Part shown: positions 1 to 11,263 of the stretch, in pieces
How positions within the stretch are numbered: the stretch's first letter is position 1
Layout of the letters: every line of letters starts with the position of its first letter
The notes under the pieces: generated by a model
The model's database searches: none
Seen by the model: the letters and a program-made list of their open reading frames with translations, nothing else
Told to the model about the DNA's origin: nothing
From: a candidate division WOR-3 bacterium
GTDB taxonomy: Bacteria > Hydrothermota > Hydrothermia > B15-G9 > WFZT01
NCBI GenBank assembly: GCA_026986235.1
Contig: JALSOY010000241.1
Coordinates: 1-25,496, forward strand
Reading direction: 5' to 3'
Length of the DNA stretch: 25,496 bases
Position numbers and translations under genes: made by a program

Positions 1-1
1 C

Positions 2-1264
2 GCCCCCTTCGACGGCGTGGTCGAGTTTGTTAACCTGAAAACCGTTAAGCGCAATAACGGCTCTGTTGTTTCCCTTTCAAAGAAAGGAAAAATACTTGTT
101 AAACACGACGAAGTTGTAAGGGAGTTTGGCGTCCCTTATGGTGCCAACATTCTCGTTGAGGACGGTCAGAAGGTAAAGAAGGGACAGGCCCTCGTGGAGT
201 GGGAGCCGTACTCTCTCCCGATCCTGGCAACGAGATCCGGTAAAATTAAGTTCAGAGACCTCGTTGAAGGAATAACTTTAAGGGAGACCTTTGAGGAAGG
301 TAAGATCGAGAGGGTCATAGAAATCGATAAGCATAAACGCTACTTCCCCACTGTTCTCGTGGTTGATCCTCAGACAGATGAGGTTCTTGAAGAGATTCCT
401 CTTGTTCACGAGGCAAGACTTGCTGTGAAAGAGGGAGAGACCGTGTATCCCGGTGAGGTCGTGGCAAGGGTGCCAAGGGAGGCGGGAAAGACGAAGGATA
501 TTACAGGTGGCCTTCCGAGGGTCGAAGAGTTATTTGAGGCCAGATCTCCGAAGGACAAAGCCATCGTTGCAGAGATTGATGGAACTGTTGAGATCAATCC
601 ACCTGAGAAGGGATACTTCAGAATAAGGGTTATCCCTGATGCCGGAGAGCCCAGGGAATATCTTATCCCCTTCGGAAAGTATCTACTCGTGGGTAACGGT
701 GAGAGGATACAGGCAGGTGAGCCCTTGACCACCGGACCCGTTGATCCCCACGACATTCTGAGGATCAAGGGTAAGGACTATGTTCAGGAGTTCCTCCTCG
801 ATCAGATTCAGGAGGTTTACAGACTTTCAGGCGTGAAGATAGACGATAAGCACATAGAGATTATCGTGCGTCAGATGATGAGAAAGGTGAAGATTGAGAA
901 TCCGGGTGACACCAAATTTATACAGGGTGACATCGTTGACTTCATCAAGGTGATAGAGGAGAACGAGGAGGTCAGGAAGAGAGGTGGAAGGCCCGCACAG
1001 TATGAGCCTATATTACTTGGTATAACCCGTGCGTCACTTGCCACGGATAGCTTTATAGCGGCTGCGTCTTTCCAGGAGACGACGAAGGTGCTCGCCAATG
1101 CTGCCATTGCCGGAAAGGTGGACGAACTGAGAGGGTTGAAGGAGAATGTGATTATAGGTAACCTGATACCTGCAGGGACAGGATTGAGGGAGTACAGAGA
1201 CATAGTTGTTGGAGAGGTACCGGAGGAAGAAGAGAGGGGAGAGGAACTTCAGGCAGCAGGATAG
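2..1264 (+). CDS. rpoC: DNA-directed RNA polymerase subunit beta', 3' part (truncated at window start)
   Basis: Frame is open from position 2. Motifs TKDITGGLPRVEELFEAR, KHIEIIVRQM, LLGITRASL, SFIAAASFQETTKVL, LRGLKENVIIGNLIPAGTG. The SBHM-repeat insertion precedes the trigger-helix motif. Confidence 0.99.
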   Translation, partial: APFDGVVEFVNLKTVKRNNGSVVSLSKKGKILVKHDEVVREFGVPYGANILVEDGQKVKKGQALVEWEPYSLPILATRSGKIKFRDLVEGITLRETFEEGKIERVIEIDKHKRYFPTVLVVDPQTDEVLEEIPLVHEARLAVKEGETVYPGEVVARVPREAGKTKDITGGLPRVEELFEARSPKDKAIVAEIDGTVEINPPEKGYFRIRVIPDAGEPREYLIPFGKYLLVGNGERIQAGEPLTTGPVDPHDILRIKGKDYVQEFLLDQIQEVYRLSGVKIDDKHIEIIVRQMMRKVKIENPGDTKFIQGDIVDFIKVIEENEEVRKRGGRPAQYEPILLGITRASLATDSFIAAASFQETTKVLANAAIAGKVDELRGLKENVIIGNLIPAGTGLREYRDIVVGEVPEEEERGEELQAAG

Positions 1265-1273
1265 GATAATAAT

Positions 1274-1314
1274 GGGGGCGGGCATTTTGCGGAGCAAAAT
1301 GCCCGCCCTTTTTT
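1274..1314 (+). terminator. Intrinsic terminator after rpoC
   Basis: Perfect 15-bp stem GGGCGGGCATTTTGC-GGA-GCAAAATGCCCGCCC (1276-1308) followed by TTTTTT. Confidence 0.9.
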
Positions 1315-1349
1315 GCCCGCCAGTATCCCCCTCTCAAGCGGGCTTTTAC

Positions 1350-1378
1350 TTGACAGTAACTGAAAAATCGGTTAATTA
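1350..1378 (+). promoter_or_regulatory. Candidate sigma70 promoter for the str/S10/spc operon
   Basis: TTGACA at 1350-1355. At 17 bp spacing there is only a weak AT-rich -10 (TAATTA) inside a 16-bp palindrome. Strong SD AAGGAGG at 1399-1405. Confidence 0.4.
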
Positions 1379-1411
1379 ATTAACCTTACTTGAAGGTAAA
1401 GGAGGAATTAT

Positions 1412-1786
1412 ATGCCAACAATCAATCAGTTGATAAGGCATCCGAGAAAGCCCAAGAAAAAGAAGTCTAAATCACCGGCTCTTGAGGGAAACCCTCAAAA
1501 ACGCGGGGTGTGTATCAGGGTCTATACCACAACCCCGAAAAAGCCGAATTCCGCTCTCAGAAAGGTGGCGAAAGTGAGACTGACCAACGGGAAAGAGGTC
1601 GTGGCCTACATACCTGGCGAAGGACACAATCTGCAGGAGCACTCCGTCGTTCTGGTAAGAGGCGGCCGTGTTAAAGATCTTCCTGGAGTGAAGTATCACA
1701 TCGTAAGAGGAAAGTACGATGCCGCAGGCGTCGAAGGAAGAAGAAATTCAAGATCACTCTACGGAACCAAAAGACCTCGTTCATAA
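1412..1786 (+). CDS. rpsL: 30S ribosomal protein S12
   Basis: [31 protein letters not shown]. Confidence 0.99.
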   Translation: MPTINQLIRHPRKPKKKKSKSPALEGNPQKRGVCIRVYTTTPKKPNSALRKVAKVRLTNGKEVVAYIPGEGHNLQEHSVVLVRGGRVKDLPGVKYHIVRGKYDAAGVEGRRNSRSLYGTKRPRS

Positions 1787-2272
<486 letters not shown>

Positions 2273-2278
2273 TCATTT

Positions 2279-4363
2279 ATGAGTGGTGGCACTAAACCGC
2301 ATAATGAATATGAACTCAGTAAGATCAGAAATATCGGTTTTGCCGCTCACATCGATGCGGGCAAAACCACAACCACGGAGCGTATTCTTTATTACACGAA
2401 GAAGGTTCACCGCATAGGTGAGGTTGACGAAGGGAGTGCCACCACTGACTGGATGGTTCAGGAAAAGGAGAGGGGGATCACTATTGTCAGTGCCGCTACC
2501 ACAGTTTACTGGAAAGGTTACAGAATCAACATAATCGATACCCCGGGACATGTTGATTTTACCGCTGAAGTGGAAAGATCCCTGAGAGTGCTTGACGGAC
2601 TTATCGTTATTTTTGACGGCGTTGCAGGAGTGGAACCACAATCAGAAACCGTATGGCATCAGGCTGATAGGTACAGGGTCAGGAGAATCGCATACATCAA
2701 CAAGCTCGACAGGCTGGGCGCAGATCCTGATAGAGTCGTCAAAATGATCCAGGATAGATTCAAGGTTAACACACTCCTCCTCGAGCTCCCTGTGGGTATA
2801 GAAAGTTCTTTTACCGGTGTCATAGACCTCGTAGAACTCAAAAAATACACATGGAGCGACGAGGTTGATCCCACAGGTGAAAAGTACGGGATCGAGGAAG
2901 TGGAGCTCTCTGGAGATCTGGCTGAAGCCTATGAAGAGCTGGTTTACCAGCTATCTGACATAGATGAGGGAATTCTCGATGAATTTGAAGAAAAGAGAAG
3001 GGTGAACCCGGATAGACTCCGGAGGGCAATAAGAGTCGGAACCCTTGAGCAGAAGTTTGTCCCGGTTTTGATGGGCTCATCACTGAAAAATAAGGGAATA
3101 CAGCCCCTGATTGACGCTATCGTTTACTACCTGCCATCTCCACTGGATATGCCTCCTGTTACGGGAACAAATCCCGTAACAGGTGAGAAGCTGGAAAGAC
3201 ACCCTGACCCTGATGAACCCTTTACAGCTGTTGTTTTCAAAATTCAGCTTGATAAGCATGCCAATAAGTTGTTTTTGACCAGGGTTTACTCTGGAACCCT
3301 GAGGGTTAACAAAAAGGTTCTGGTCAATAACAGCGGGGAGATCGGGAGAGTCACGAGAATTTACCTGATGCATGCCAACAAGAAGGAGCCAGTAAACTAT
3401 GCGAGGGCAGGAGAGATAGTGGCGCTCGTGGGGCTGAAAACTGCCAAGACAGGAGATACTCTTTCCGATCCGGATCACCCCATTCTTCTTGAGGGCATGA
3501 GTTTTCCTGAGCCTGTTATCTCCCTTTCAATTGAACCGAGATCTGCACGAGACGAAGAGAAACTCGAGTTAACTTTACAGGAGATGTCCATTGAAGATCC
3601 CACTTTCAGGATTGAGAGGGACAGGGAAACGGGTCAGCTTTTAATTTCAGGAATGGGAGAACTTCACCTCGACATTATCGTTGACCGCCTAAAGAGGGAG
3701 TTTGGACTTGAGGTGAGAACTGGAAAACCTCAGGTTGCCTACAGAGAGACCATAACACAGCCTGTGCGGATTGAAAGAAGCATTGATAAGGAAATCGGCG
3801 GCGTGAGACACAGGGGGAGTGTTGAAATCGAGATATCGCCCAGAAAGATGGGTGAAGGTAATAAGGTTGAGATTCTTGCTGAGGGTATCCCTGGTGAGAT
3901 TCAGGAGGTTTTAAGGTCGGCCATAGAAGAGGCACTTTACTACGGTCCTTTAATGGGCTACAAAGTTGTGGATGTTTGCATTAAAATATTAAAGGTATTA
4001 ATAGGTGAGGAATATACTCCCCTGGGAACCAGGCTTGCGGTCCTGCGGGCTATGCAGGACGGATTGAGAGAGGGTAAGCCTATTTTACTTGAGCCTGTTG
4101 TTGATCTGGAGATAATCCTTCCCCAGGACTTCGTGGGGAATGTTGTCGCAGATCTTGGTGCCAGGGGTGGAGAGCTTGTTAAGATAGAGGCTCTGGGCGA
4201 TGTTTTGCAGAAGGTAGTTGCAAAAGTCGCCCTGAGGAAGATTTTTGGCTATTCAACCACTCTCAGGTCTCTGACACAGGGGCGTGGGAACTTCTGGATG
4301 AAGCTTTCCCACTTTGCGCCTGTGCCAGAGGAGGAGCTGGAAAAAATTTTAGTATTACAATAA
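2279..4363 (+). CDS. fusA: Elongation factor G-family GTPase, divergent domain IV (spdEFG2/mtEFG2-like)
   Basis: [42 protein letters not shown]. It sits in the str-operon position. Domain IV loops are degenerate. Confidence 0.95.
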   Translation: MSGGTKPHNEYELSKIRNIGFAAHIDAGKTTTTERILYYTKKVHRIGEVDEGSATTDWMVQEKERGITIVSAATTVYWKGYRINIIDTPGHVDFTAEVERSLRVLDGLIVIFDGVAGVEPQSETVWHQADRYRVRRIAYINKLDRLGADPDRVVKMIQDRFKVNTLLLELPVGIESSFTGVIDLVELKKYTWSDEVDPTGEKYGIEEVELSGDLAEAYEELVYQLSDIDEGILDEFEEKRRVNPDRLRRAIRVGTLEQKFVPVLMGSSLKNKGIQPLIDAIVYYLPSPLDMPPVTGTNPVTGEKLERHPDPDEPFTAVVFKIQLDKHANKLFLTRVYSGTLRVNKKVLVNNSGEIGRVTRIYLMHANKKEPVNYARAGEIVALVGLKTAKTGDTLSDPDHPILLEGMSFPEPVISLSIEPRSARDEEKLELTLQEMSIEDPTFRIERDRETGQLLISGMGELHLDIIVDRLKREFGLEVRTGKPQVAYRETITQPVRIERSIDKEIGGVRHRGSVEIEISPRKMGEGNKVEILAEGIPGEIQEVLRSAIEEALYYGPLMGYKVVDVCIKILKVLIGEEYTPLGTRLAVLRAMQDGLREGKPILLEPVVDLEIILPQDFVGNVVADLGARGGELVKIEALGDVLQKVVAKVALRKIFGYSTTLRSLTQGRGNFWMKLSHFAPVPEEELEKILVLQ

Positions 4364-4381
4364 GGAACGGAGGTGTAAGAT

Positions 4382-5578
4382 ATGTCTAAGCCAAAATTTG
4401 AAAGGAAGAAGCCACACATAAATGTTGGTACAATCGGTCATGTTGACCATGGTAAGTCCACTCTGACGAGTGCTATAACCAAGTACCTGTCCTTCAAGGG
4501 ACTTGCGGAGTACATTCCCTTTGACGCCATCGACAAGGCACCTGAAGAGAAGGCCCGTGGAATCACCATCAACCTCGCTCACATAGAGTACGAGACAGAG
4601 AAAAGACACTACGCACACATAGACTGCCCCGGTCACGCTGACTATATTAAGAATATGATTACAGGTGCAGCACAGATGGACGGTGCCATCCTCGTTGTTG
4701 CTGCAACTGACGGACCCATGCCCCAGACGAGGGAGCACATCCTCCTCGCGAGACAGGTTAATGTGCCTTACATCGTGGTTTTCATGAATAAGGTTGACAT
4801 GGTTGACGATCCCGAGATTCTCGATCTCGTTGAGCTCGAGATCAGAGATCTTCTGAATCAGTATGAGTTTCCCGGTGACGAAGTGCCCATCATCAGAGGT
4901 TCTGCCCTTAAAGCCCTTGAATGCGAAAGCGAGGATTGTGAGTGGAACAAGGCTATCAAAGAGCTCCTCGACGCCATGGACGAATACATTCCTGAGCCCA
5001 AGAGGGAGATCGACAAGCCATTCCTCATGGCAATCGAGGATATCTTCTCAATTACAGGTCGTGGTACAGTGGTCACAGGCAGGGTGGAGCGTGGAATTCT
5101 CAAGCCTGGAGAGGAAGTGGAAATCGTCGGATTCAGAGACAAACCTCTCAAGACCGTGGTTACATCCATTGAGATGTTCAGAAAGATCCTTGATGAAGCA
5201 AGGGCAGGTGACAATGTGGGTCTCCTCCTCAGAGGAATAAAGAAAGACGATGTGGAAAGAGGGATGGTTGTAGCGAAGCCCGGTTCAATCACACCTCACA
5301 AGAAGTTCAAGGCTCAGGTCTATGTCTTGAAGAAAGAGGAGGGTGGTAGGCACACTCCATTCTTTACAGGTTACAGACCTCAGTTTTACTTCAGAACGAC
5401 GGATGTGACAGGAACCATAAAACTTCCGGAGGGTCGTGAAATGGTGATGCCTGGTGATCATGTGAACCTTGAAGTTGAGCTCATCGAGCCGGTTGCTCTC
5501 GAGGAAGGACTGAGATTCGCCGTTAGAGAAGGTGGAAGAACGGTGGGTGCTGGTGTAGTAACCGAGATAATCGAGTAA
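4382..5578 (+). CDS. tuf: Elongation factor Tu
   Basis: [50 protein letters not shown]. Confidence 0.99.
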   Translation: MSKPKFERKKPHINVGTIGHVDHGKSTLTSAITKYLSFKGLAEYIPFDAIDKAPEEKARGITINLAHIEYETEKRHYAHIDCPGHADYIKNMITGAAQMDGAILVVAATDGPMPQTREHILLARQVNVPYIVVFMNKVDMVDDPEILDLVELEIRDLLNQYEFPGDEVPIIRGSALKALECESEDCEWNKAIKELLDAMDEYIPEPKREIDKPFLMAIEDIFSITGRGTVVTGRVERGILKPGEEVEIVGFRDKPLKTVVTSIEMFRKILDEARAGDNVGLLLRGIKKDDVERGMVVAKPGSITPHKKFKAQVYVLKKEEGGRHTPFFTGYRPQFYFRTTDVTGTIKLPEGREMVMPGDHVNLEVELIEPVALEEGLRFAVREGGRTVGAGVVTEIIE

Positions 5579-5579
5579 A

Positions 5580-5891
5580 ATGATCGAAGGAAAGATCAGG
5601 ATCAAACTAAAGTCATTTGATCCGGCCCTGATAGACAGGTCGGCAAAGAGGATAACGCTGACTGCCAAGAGAACGGGGGCTGAGGTGTCTGGTCCCATCC
5701 CTCTTCCCACGAAGAGGACGCTATTTTCAGTTATCAGGTCACCTCATGTCCACAAGCGTTCTCAGGAGCAGTTTGAGCTAAAAATACACAAGAGACTTAT
5801 AGAGATCAGGAAGCCGACACAGGAAACTATTGACAAACTATCCAGACTGGACCTGCCAGCTGGAGTAGATGTTGAGATAAAGGTGGTATAA
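5580..5891 (+). CDS. rpsJ: 30S ribosomal protein S10
   Basis: [38 protein letters not shown]. Confidence 0.99.
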   Translation: MIEGKIRIKLKSFDPALIDRSAKRITLTAKRTGAEVSGPIPLPTKRTLFSVIRSPHVHKRSQEQFELKIHKRLIEIRKPTQETIDKLSRLDLPAGVDVEIKVV

Positions 5892-5893
5892 AA

Positions 5894-6595
5894 ATGAACG
5901 GAATAATTGGTAGAAAGCTGGGAATGACCCAGATCCCTACCGAAGACGGCTCAATAACGGCTGTTACCGTTATTGAAGCCGGCCCCTGTTATGTCCTTCA
6001 GGGGAAGACCGTTGAGAAGGACGGTTACAACGCAGTCAAAGTGGCTTTTGGAGAGGTTCCCAAGAAGAGGCTTTCAAAGCCTCTTCTTGGTGAACTTGTT
6101 AAAGCCCTGGGTAAAGATAGAGAGACTTACCCCGCTAAAAAAATCACTGAATTCAAGGTGGAAAATCCATCCAAGTTCAAACCAGGGCAGGAGATAAAAG
6201 TCACCGATGTCTTTGAAGAAAACGAGTTTGTGGATGTAACAGGGACATCAAAAGGTAAGGGATTCCAGGGTGTTATGAAAAGATGGGGCTTCCACGGAGG
6301 CCCCAAGACACATGGATCCAAGTTCCACAGAGCTCCAGGTTCCATAGGACAGACCACTGACCCGGGAAGAGTGTGGAAAGGTAAAAAGATGGCCGGTCAC
6401 ATGGGTAACAGACGCGTGACAGTCCAGAATCTCCAGATAGTTAAGATTTATCCTGATAGAAACATAATCCTCGTTAAAGGCGCTGTTCCAGGTGCTAACG
6501 GTAGTATTGTGGTAATCAGGAAAGCGAAGAGGCCCAAACCCAACAGGCCTGTCGTTTACGCCCTTGGTTCCAAAAAAGAGGAGAGTAAAGAATGA
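5894..6595 (+). CDS. rplC: 50S ribosomal protein L3
   Basis: GRKLGMTQ, SKGKGFQGVMKRWGF, HRAPGSIG, KMAGHMG, KGAVPG. Confidence 0.99.
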   Translation: MNGIIGRKLGMTQIPTEDGSITAVTVIEAGPCYVLQGKTVEKDGYNAVKVAFGEVPKKRLSKPLLGELVKALGKDRETYPAKKITEFKVENPSKFKPGQEIKVTDVFEENEFVDVTGTSKGKGFQGVMKRWGFHGGPKTHGSKFHRAPGSIGQTTDPGRVWKGKKMAGHMGNRRVTVQNLQIVKIYPDRNIILVKGAVPGANGSIVVIRKAKRPKPNRPVVYALGSKKEESKE

Positions 6596-7218
6596 AGGCG
6601 CCACTTTTTAATTCCAGCGGCGAGAAGGTAGACATGATCGAACTCCCCAGAGAGGTAGTGGGTGAGAAAAAACCTAAAAAAGCTGTACTCTGGGAAGTGG
6701 CCCGCATGTACCAGGCAAACAGGAGAAGAGGAACCCACAAGACGAAGTCCAGAGGTGAGCTCGCTTATTCCACAGCCAAACTCTTCCCTCAGAAAGGCCT
6801 TGGCAGGGCACGCCATGGATCCAGATCTGCAAACATATTCGTTGGTGGATACAAGGCCTTCGGCCCGAAACCCCGTGACTACAGCTACAGCGTTCCAAAA
6901 AAGGTCAAAAGACTCGCCCTCAAAATGGTACTCCACGACAGAGCAATGGCTAATAGAATCTACCTCGTTGAAAGTATAGACTTCGAGACCCCGAAAACGA
7001 AGAACATGGTGGCTCTTGTTAATAAACTCGGTCTGGAAGGTAAAAAGGTGATCTTTGTACTCGGTGATTATAAGAAAAATGTCTATCTCTCCGGCAGAAA
7101 CATTCCAAAAGTTGATGTGAAACTTGCAAAAGACATAAACGCCTTGGATGTGTTGAACCATGACTATGTGGTAATGGAACAGGATGGCCTTAAGAAGCTT
7201 GAGGAGAGGTTGACATGA
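6592..7218 (+). CDS. rplD: 50S ribosomal protein L4
   Basis: RRGTHKTKSR, QKGLGRARHG, FGPKPRDY. ATGA overlap with rplC. Confidence 0.98.
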   Translation: MKAPLFNSSGEKVDMIELPREVVGEKKPKKAVLWEVARMYQANRRRGTHKTKSRGELAYSTAKLFPQKGLGRARHGSRSANIFVGGYKAFGPKPRDYSYSVPKKVKRLALKMVLHDRAMANRIYLVESIDFETPKTKNMVALVNKLGLEGKKVIFVLGDYKKNVYLSGRNIPKVDVKLAKDINALDVLNHDYVVMEQDGLKKLEERLT

Positions 7219-7508
7219 AGGACCCGAGAGATATTATTATACGCCCTATTCTAACGGAAAAAATGACCTTTCTGAGGGAAAAACTCGGAAATTACTACGC
7301 CTTTGAGGTCGCAAAGGATGCCAACAAACCTCAGATAAAGAAGGCTGTCGAAGAACTCTTCAGGGTTAAGGTGGAGGATGTGAAGATCGTGAATGTGAAA
7401 CCCAAACCGAGGAGATTGAGAAGGGCACCGGGTTATACGCGCTCGTACAAGAAGGCCTATGTCAAACTAAAGAAAGGTGAAAGAATAGAAGGATTGGAAG
7501 GAGTGTGA
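7215..7508 (+). CDS. rplW: 50S ribosomal protein L23
   Basis: [29 protein letters not shown]. Confidence 0.98.
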   Translation: MKDPRDIIIRPILTEKMTFLREKLGNYYAFEVAKDANKPQIKKAVEELFRVKVEDVKIVNVKPKPRRLRRAPGYTRSYKKAYVKLKKGERIEGLEGV

Positions 7509-7515
7509 TTTAAAA

Positions 7516-8355
7516 ATGGGAATTAAAAAATACAAACCATATACCCCGTCAAGGCGATTCATGACAACAGTGGATTACAGCGAGTTGACAAAAAAGGAGC
7601 CGGAGAAGTCACTCACAATCGCCATTCCGAAAACAGGTGGAAGAAACAACCTGGGGCGTATCACCGTAAGATTTAGAGGTGGCGGAAATAAGAGGAAGTA
7701 CAGAATTATTGATTTCAGAAGAGAAAAGTTTGGAATCCCTGCAAAGGTTAAGTCCATAGAATACGATCCATTCAGGACAGCATGGATTGCTCTCCTGCAG
7801 TATGTTGATGGTGAAAAGAGGTACATTATAGCGCCTGACGGATTAAAAGTCGGAGATACAGTGGTTTCCGGTCCCGGATCGGAGCTCAAGGTTGGCAATG
7901 CCCTTCCACTTTCGGAGATTCCCGAGGGCTGGGAGATACACAATATTGAGCTCGTTCCAGGGAAAGGAGGTCAGCTCGTGAGGTCAGCTGGAACAGCAGC
8001 AGTCATTCTATCAAAGGAAGGCAAGTATGCCCATGTCCAGCTGCCCTCAGGTGAAGTGAGACTTATTAATCAGAAGTGCCTTGCCACGATAGGTAGAGTT
8101 TCTAATGTTGATCACGAGAATGTGGACATAGGTAAGGCCGGTAGAAAGAGATGGATGGGAAGACGCCCACATGTGAGAGGAATTGTTATGAACCCGGTAG
8201 ATCACCCACTCGGCGGTGGTGAGGGAAGATCAAAGAGTGGTCGTCCACCCAGCAGTCCGTGGGGCCTCGTTGACGGTAAGAAAACCAGGAAAAAGAGGAA
8301 ACCTTCTGACAGATTCATCGTTAAAAGACGCACTGCCAGGAAGCGGAGGAAATAA
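7516..8355 (+). CDS. rplB: 50S ribosomal protein L2
   Basis: [37 protein letters not shown]. Confidence 0.99.
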   Translation: MGIKKYKPYTPSRRFMTTVDYSELTKKEPEKSLTIAIPKTGGRNNLGRITVRFRGGGNKRKYRIIDFRREKFGIPAKVKSIEYDPFRTAWIALLQYVDGEKRYIIAPDGLKVGDTVVSGPGSELKVGNALPLSEIPEGWEIHNIELVPGKGGQLVRSAGTAAVILSKEGKYAHVQLPSGEVRLINQKCLATIGRVSNVDHENVDIGKAGRKRWMGRRPHVRGIVMNPVDHPLGGGEGRSKSGRPPSSPWGLVDGKKTRKKRKPSDRFIVKRRTARKRRK

Positions 8356-8357
8356 TT

Positions 8358-8645
8358 ATGGGTAGATCCGTTAAAAAAGGACCCTATGTGGATCCCAAAC
8401 TTCTCAAGAAGATTCAGGAACTTAACGAGAAGGGCGAGAAAAAGGTAATAAAAACCTGGTCGAGACGCTCTACCATACTGCCCGAATTCGTAGGACACAC
8501 AATTGCAGTTCACAACGGAAGAAAGTTTATACCGGTTTACATCCATCAGGACATGGTGGGACACAAGCTTGGTGAGTTTGCCCCTACGAGAACCTACAGA
8601 GGACACAAGGACATGAAAAAAGCTCAGAAAGGGAAGGTGAGGTGA
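8358..8645 (+). CDS. rpsS: 30S ribosomal protein S19
   Basis: [27 protein letters not shown]. Confidence 0.99.
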   Translation: MGRSVKKGPYVDPKLLKKIQELNEKGEKKVIKTWSRRSTILPEFVGHTIAVHNGRKFIPVYIHQDMVGHKLGEFAPTRTYRGHKDMKKAQKGKVR

Positions 8646-8649
8646 AACC

Positions 8650-8979
8650 ATGGTGGGTAGAGCTATTCTGAAATATCAGAGGATTTCACCCAAGAAGGTA
8701 AAACCGGTCATGGATCTCGTTAGAGGAAAATCAGTACCCCAGGCTGAAGCTGTTCTTGCATTTTCCAGAAAGAAAGCGGCGAGGTTTATTGAAAAGGCCC
8801 TCAAGGCGGCTGTTGCATCCTATACCGAGAAACACCCTGTGGATAAGAATAGCCTCAGAATCGTGGTGGCAAAGGTTGATAAAGGACCGACGATGAGAAG
8901 AATTAGACCTGCCTGGCGTGGCAGGGCTGTGTTAATCAGGCACAGGACATCCCACATAACCATTCAGGTTTCTGAATAG
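8650..8979 (+). CDS. rplV: 50S ribosomal protein L22
   Basis: RISPKK, VDKGP, GRA...RTSHIT, plus gene order. Confidence 0.97.
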   Translation: MVGRAILKYQRISPKKVKPVMDLVRGKSVPQAEAVLAFSRKKAARFIEKALKAAVASYTEKHPVDKNSLRIVVAKVDKGPTMRRIRPAWRGRAVLIRHRTSHITIQVSE

Positions 8980-8987
8980 GAGGAACT

Positions 8988-9650
8988 ATGGGTCAGAAAG
9001 TTCATCCGATTGGATTTAGATTGGGAGTTACCAAAGACTGGAAGGCTCACTGGTTTGCCGAAGGGAAAGATCTTGAGGCAAACCTTCAGGAAGATCTTAA
9101 GATAAGACAGTACCTGAAAACGAGATTGAAGGATGCTCAGGTTGCAAATATCGTTATAGATAGGGCTGCAGAAAAGCTGAGTATCAACATCTACACCTCA
9201 AGACCCGGTGTGGTCATCGGGAGAAGGGGCTCTGAAGTTGAGGTATTAAGAAGGGAGCTCATGGAGCTTACCGGTAAGAGGGATATAAACATTAATGTCC
9301 ACGAGGTGCGGATACCAGAAATTGAGGCTGAACTGGTTGCCCAGTCCATAGCCCAGAAGATAGAGCAGCGTGTCTCTCACAGGAGAGCCATGAAAAGAGC
9401 GGTGGACATGGCGATGAGAATGGGAGCCAGGGGTATAAAGGTTCAGACCAAAGGAAGACTCGGAGGTGCCGAAATCGCCAGGAAAGAGTGGTACAGAAAG
9501 GGCCGTGTTCCCCTTCAGACCCTTCGTGCAGACATTGACTATGCCGAGGCAACTGCTTTCACAAAATACGGTACGATAGGCGTTAAAGTATGGATATACA
9601 AAGGTGAAATCCTGCCCAGGAAAGGTGGAGAAGAGGAGGAGGTGTATTAG
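8988..9650 (+). CDS. rpsC: 30S ribosomal protein S3
   Basis: [47 protein letters not shown]. Confidence 0.99.
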   Translation: MGQKVHPIGFRLGVTKDWKAHWFAEGKDLEANLQEDLKIRQYLKTRLKDAQVANIVIDRAAEKLSINIYTSRPGVVIGRRGSEVEVLRRELMELTGKRDININVHEVRIPEIEAELVAQSIAQKIEQRVSHRRAMKRAVDMAMRMGARGIKVQTKGRLGGAEIARKEWYRKGRVPLQTLRADIDYAEATAFTKYGTIGVKVWIYKGEILPRKGGEEEEVY

Positions 9651-9652
9651 TT

Positions 9653-10072
9653 ATGTTGATGCCAAAGAGGACAAAGTACAGAAAGCAGCACAGGGGAAGG
9701 ATGAAAGGAAAGGCGATGTCTGGTAATTACATCGCTTTTGGTGAATACGGATTAAAGGCGCTGGAGGCGCACTGGATCACAGGTAACCAGATAGAAGCCG
9801 CCCGTCTCGCCATTACGAGATACCTTAAAAAGGGCGGTAAACTCTGGATCAGAATTTTCCCGGACAAGCCTGTGACCAAGAAACCTGCCGAGACTCGAAT
9901 GGGTAAAGGAAAGGGTAATGTTGACCACTGGGTTGCCGTAGTTAAACCCGGAAGGATACTTTTTGAACTTGCAGGCGTGACGGAAGAGCAAGCAAGAGAA
10001 GCCTTCAGAAAGGCATCCTTCAAACTGCCCATTAAGACCCGTTTCGTGTCTCTTAAGGAAGGAGGAATGTAA
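9653..10072 (+). CDS. rplP: 50S ribosomal protein L16
   Basis: [29 protein letters not shown]. Confidence 0.99.
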   Translation: MLMPKRTKYRKQHRGRMKGKAMSGNYIAFGEYGLKALEAHWITGNQIEAARLAITRYLKKGGKLWIRIFPDKPVTKKPAETRMGKGKGNVDHWVAVVKPGRILFELAGVTEEQAREAFRKASFKLPIKTRFVSLKEGGM

Positions 10073-10278
10073 TGAAGGCGAAAGAACTCAGAGAGCTGAC
10101 AGACGAAGAACTCCGCCAGAAGCTGAGCGATCTCAAAGAAGAACTTTTCCAGCTCAGGTTCCAGCACGCACAGAAGGCCGAGGTGAAGTCCCACATGTTC
10201 AAAATGATCAAAAAGGACATCGCGAGGATACTCACCATTTTAAGAGAAAGAGAGCTTCAGGGGAGTGAGACGAAATGA
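10072..10278 (+). CDS. rpmC: 50S ribosomal protein L29
   Basis: [26 protein letters not shown]. Confidence 0.97.
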   Translation: MKAKELRELTDEELRQKLSDLKEELFQLRFQHAQKAEVKSHMFKMIKKDIARILTILRERELQGSETK

Positions 10279-10571
10279 AAGAGAGGCGCGGTTTCAGAAA
10301 GGAAAGGGTTGGCAGGGTCGTTTCAGATAAGATGAACAAGACCCGCGTTGTGGTCGTTGAGAGGATAGTTAAGCACCCTCTTTACAAAAAGTACATCAAG
10401 GTCAGAAAGAAATACTATGTACACGATGAGCACAACGAATCCAGAGAGGGTGATATTGTGAGGATAATGGAAACAAGACCCCTTTCAAAGACAAAGAGGT
10501 GGAGACTCGTTGAAATATTAAGAAAGGCTGAGCGACCGGAAGATCTGCTGAACAAGGAGGAGGAAAAATGA
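10275..10571 (+). CDS. rpsQ: 30S ribosomal protein S17
   Basis: [30 protein letters not shown]. Confidence 0.99.
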   Translation: MKERRGFRKERVGRVVSDKMNKTRVVVVERIVKHPLYKKYIKVRKKYYVHDEHNESREGDIVRIMETRPLSKTKRWRLVEILRKAERPEDLLNKEEEK

Positions 10572-10936
10572 TCCAGGATTTTACGAGGTTAAAGATAGCA
10601 GATAACACAGGCGCCCAGGAGGCAATGGTTATCAAGGTCCTTGGAGGCTCCAGAAGGAAATACGCCTATGTTGGCGATGTCGTTGTTGTAACTATCAAAG
10701 AGGCAGTTCCAGGGTCGCCTGTAAAGAAGGGTGATGTTCTTAAAGCCGTAATAGTCAGAACGAAGAAGGAGATGAGAAGACCGGATGGAACATACATTAA
10801 ATTCGACGATAACGCCGCCGTTCTCATTGACCAGTACAACGATCCCAAAGGAACCCGCGTGTTCGGTCCCGTTGCAAGGGAACTCAGAGACAGGAAGTTT
10901 ATGAAAATCGTCTCACTTGCTCCGGAGGTGGTCTAA
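10568..10936 (+). CDS. rplN: 50S ribosomal protein L14
   Basis: [28 protein letters not shown]. Confidence 0.99.
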   Translation: MIQDFTRLKIADNTGAQEAMVIKVLGGSRRKYAYVGDVVVVTIKEAVPGSPVKKGDVLKAVIVRTKKEMRRPDGTYIKFDDNAAVLIDQYNDPKGTRVFGPVARELRDRKFMKIVSLAPEVV

Positions 10937-11263
10937 ATGGCTGCGAAGATAAAAAAAGGTGACACAGTCCTGGTTGTTAAAGGCGACCACAACCGAACCC
11001 GGGGCAAAATCGGTAAAGTTATCAAGGTTTTCCCGGAAACCAACAGGATTATCGTCGAAGATGTTAACAAAGTGAAGAAGCACCAGAGGAGAACTTCACC
11101 AGAACAGCCCCATGGAATCATAGAGATGGAGGCACCTATTCATGTTTCCAATGTCAGACTCATCTGTCCAAACTGCGGGAATCCTACCCGTGTGGGCTTT
11201 AAATTTCTCGAAGACGGTAGAAAGGTGAGATACTGCAAAAAATGCGGTGAGGTGATCGAGTGA
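10937..11263 (+). CDS. rplX: 50S ribosomal protein L24 (Zn-ribbon type)
   Basis: [20 protein letters not shown]...CKKC. Confidence 0.98.
   Translation: MAAKIKKGDTVLVVKGDHNRTRGKIGKVIKVFPETNRIIVEDVNKVKKHQRRTSPEQPHGIIEMEAPIHVSNVRLICPNCGNPTRVGFKFLEDGRKVRYCKKCGEVIE

Noticed and set aside
4369-4380. Identical 12-mer GGAGGTGTAAGA before tuf and before rplF (12408-12419)
   Set aside because: Eight of the twelve bases are explained by the extended Shine-Dalgarno; no further shared structure.
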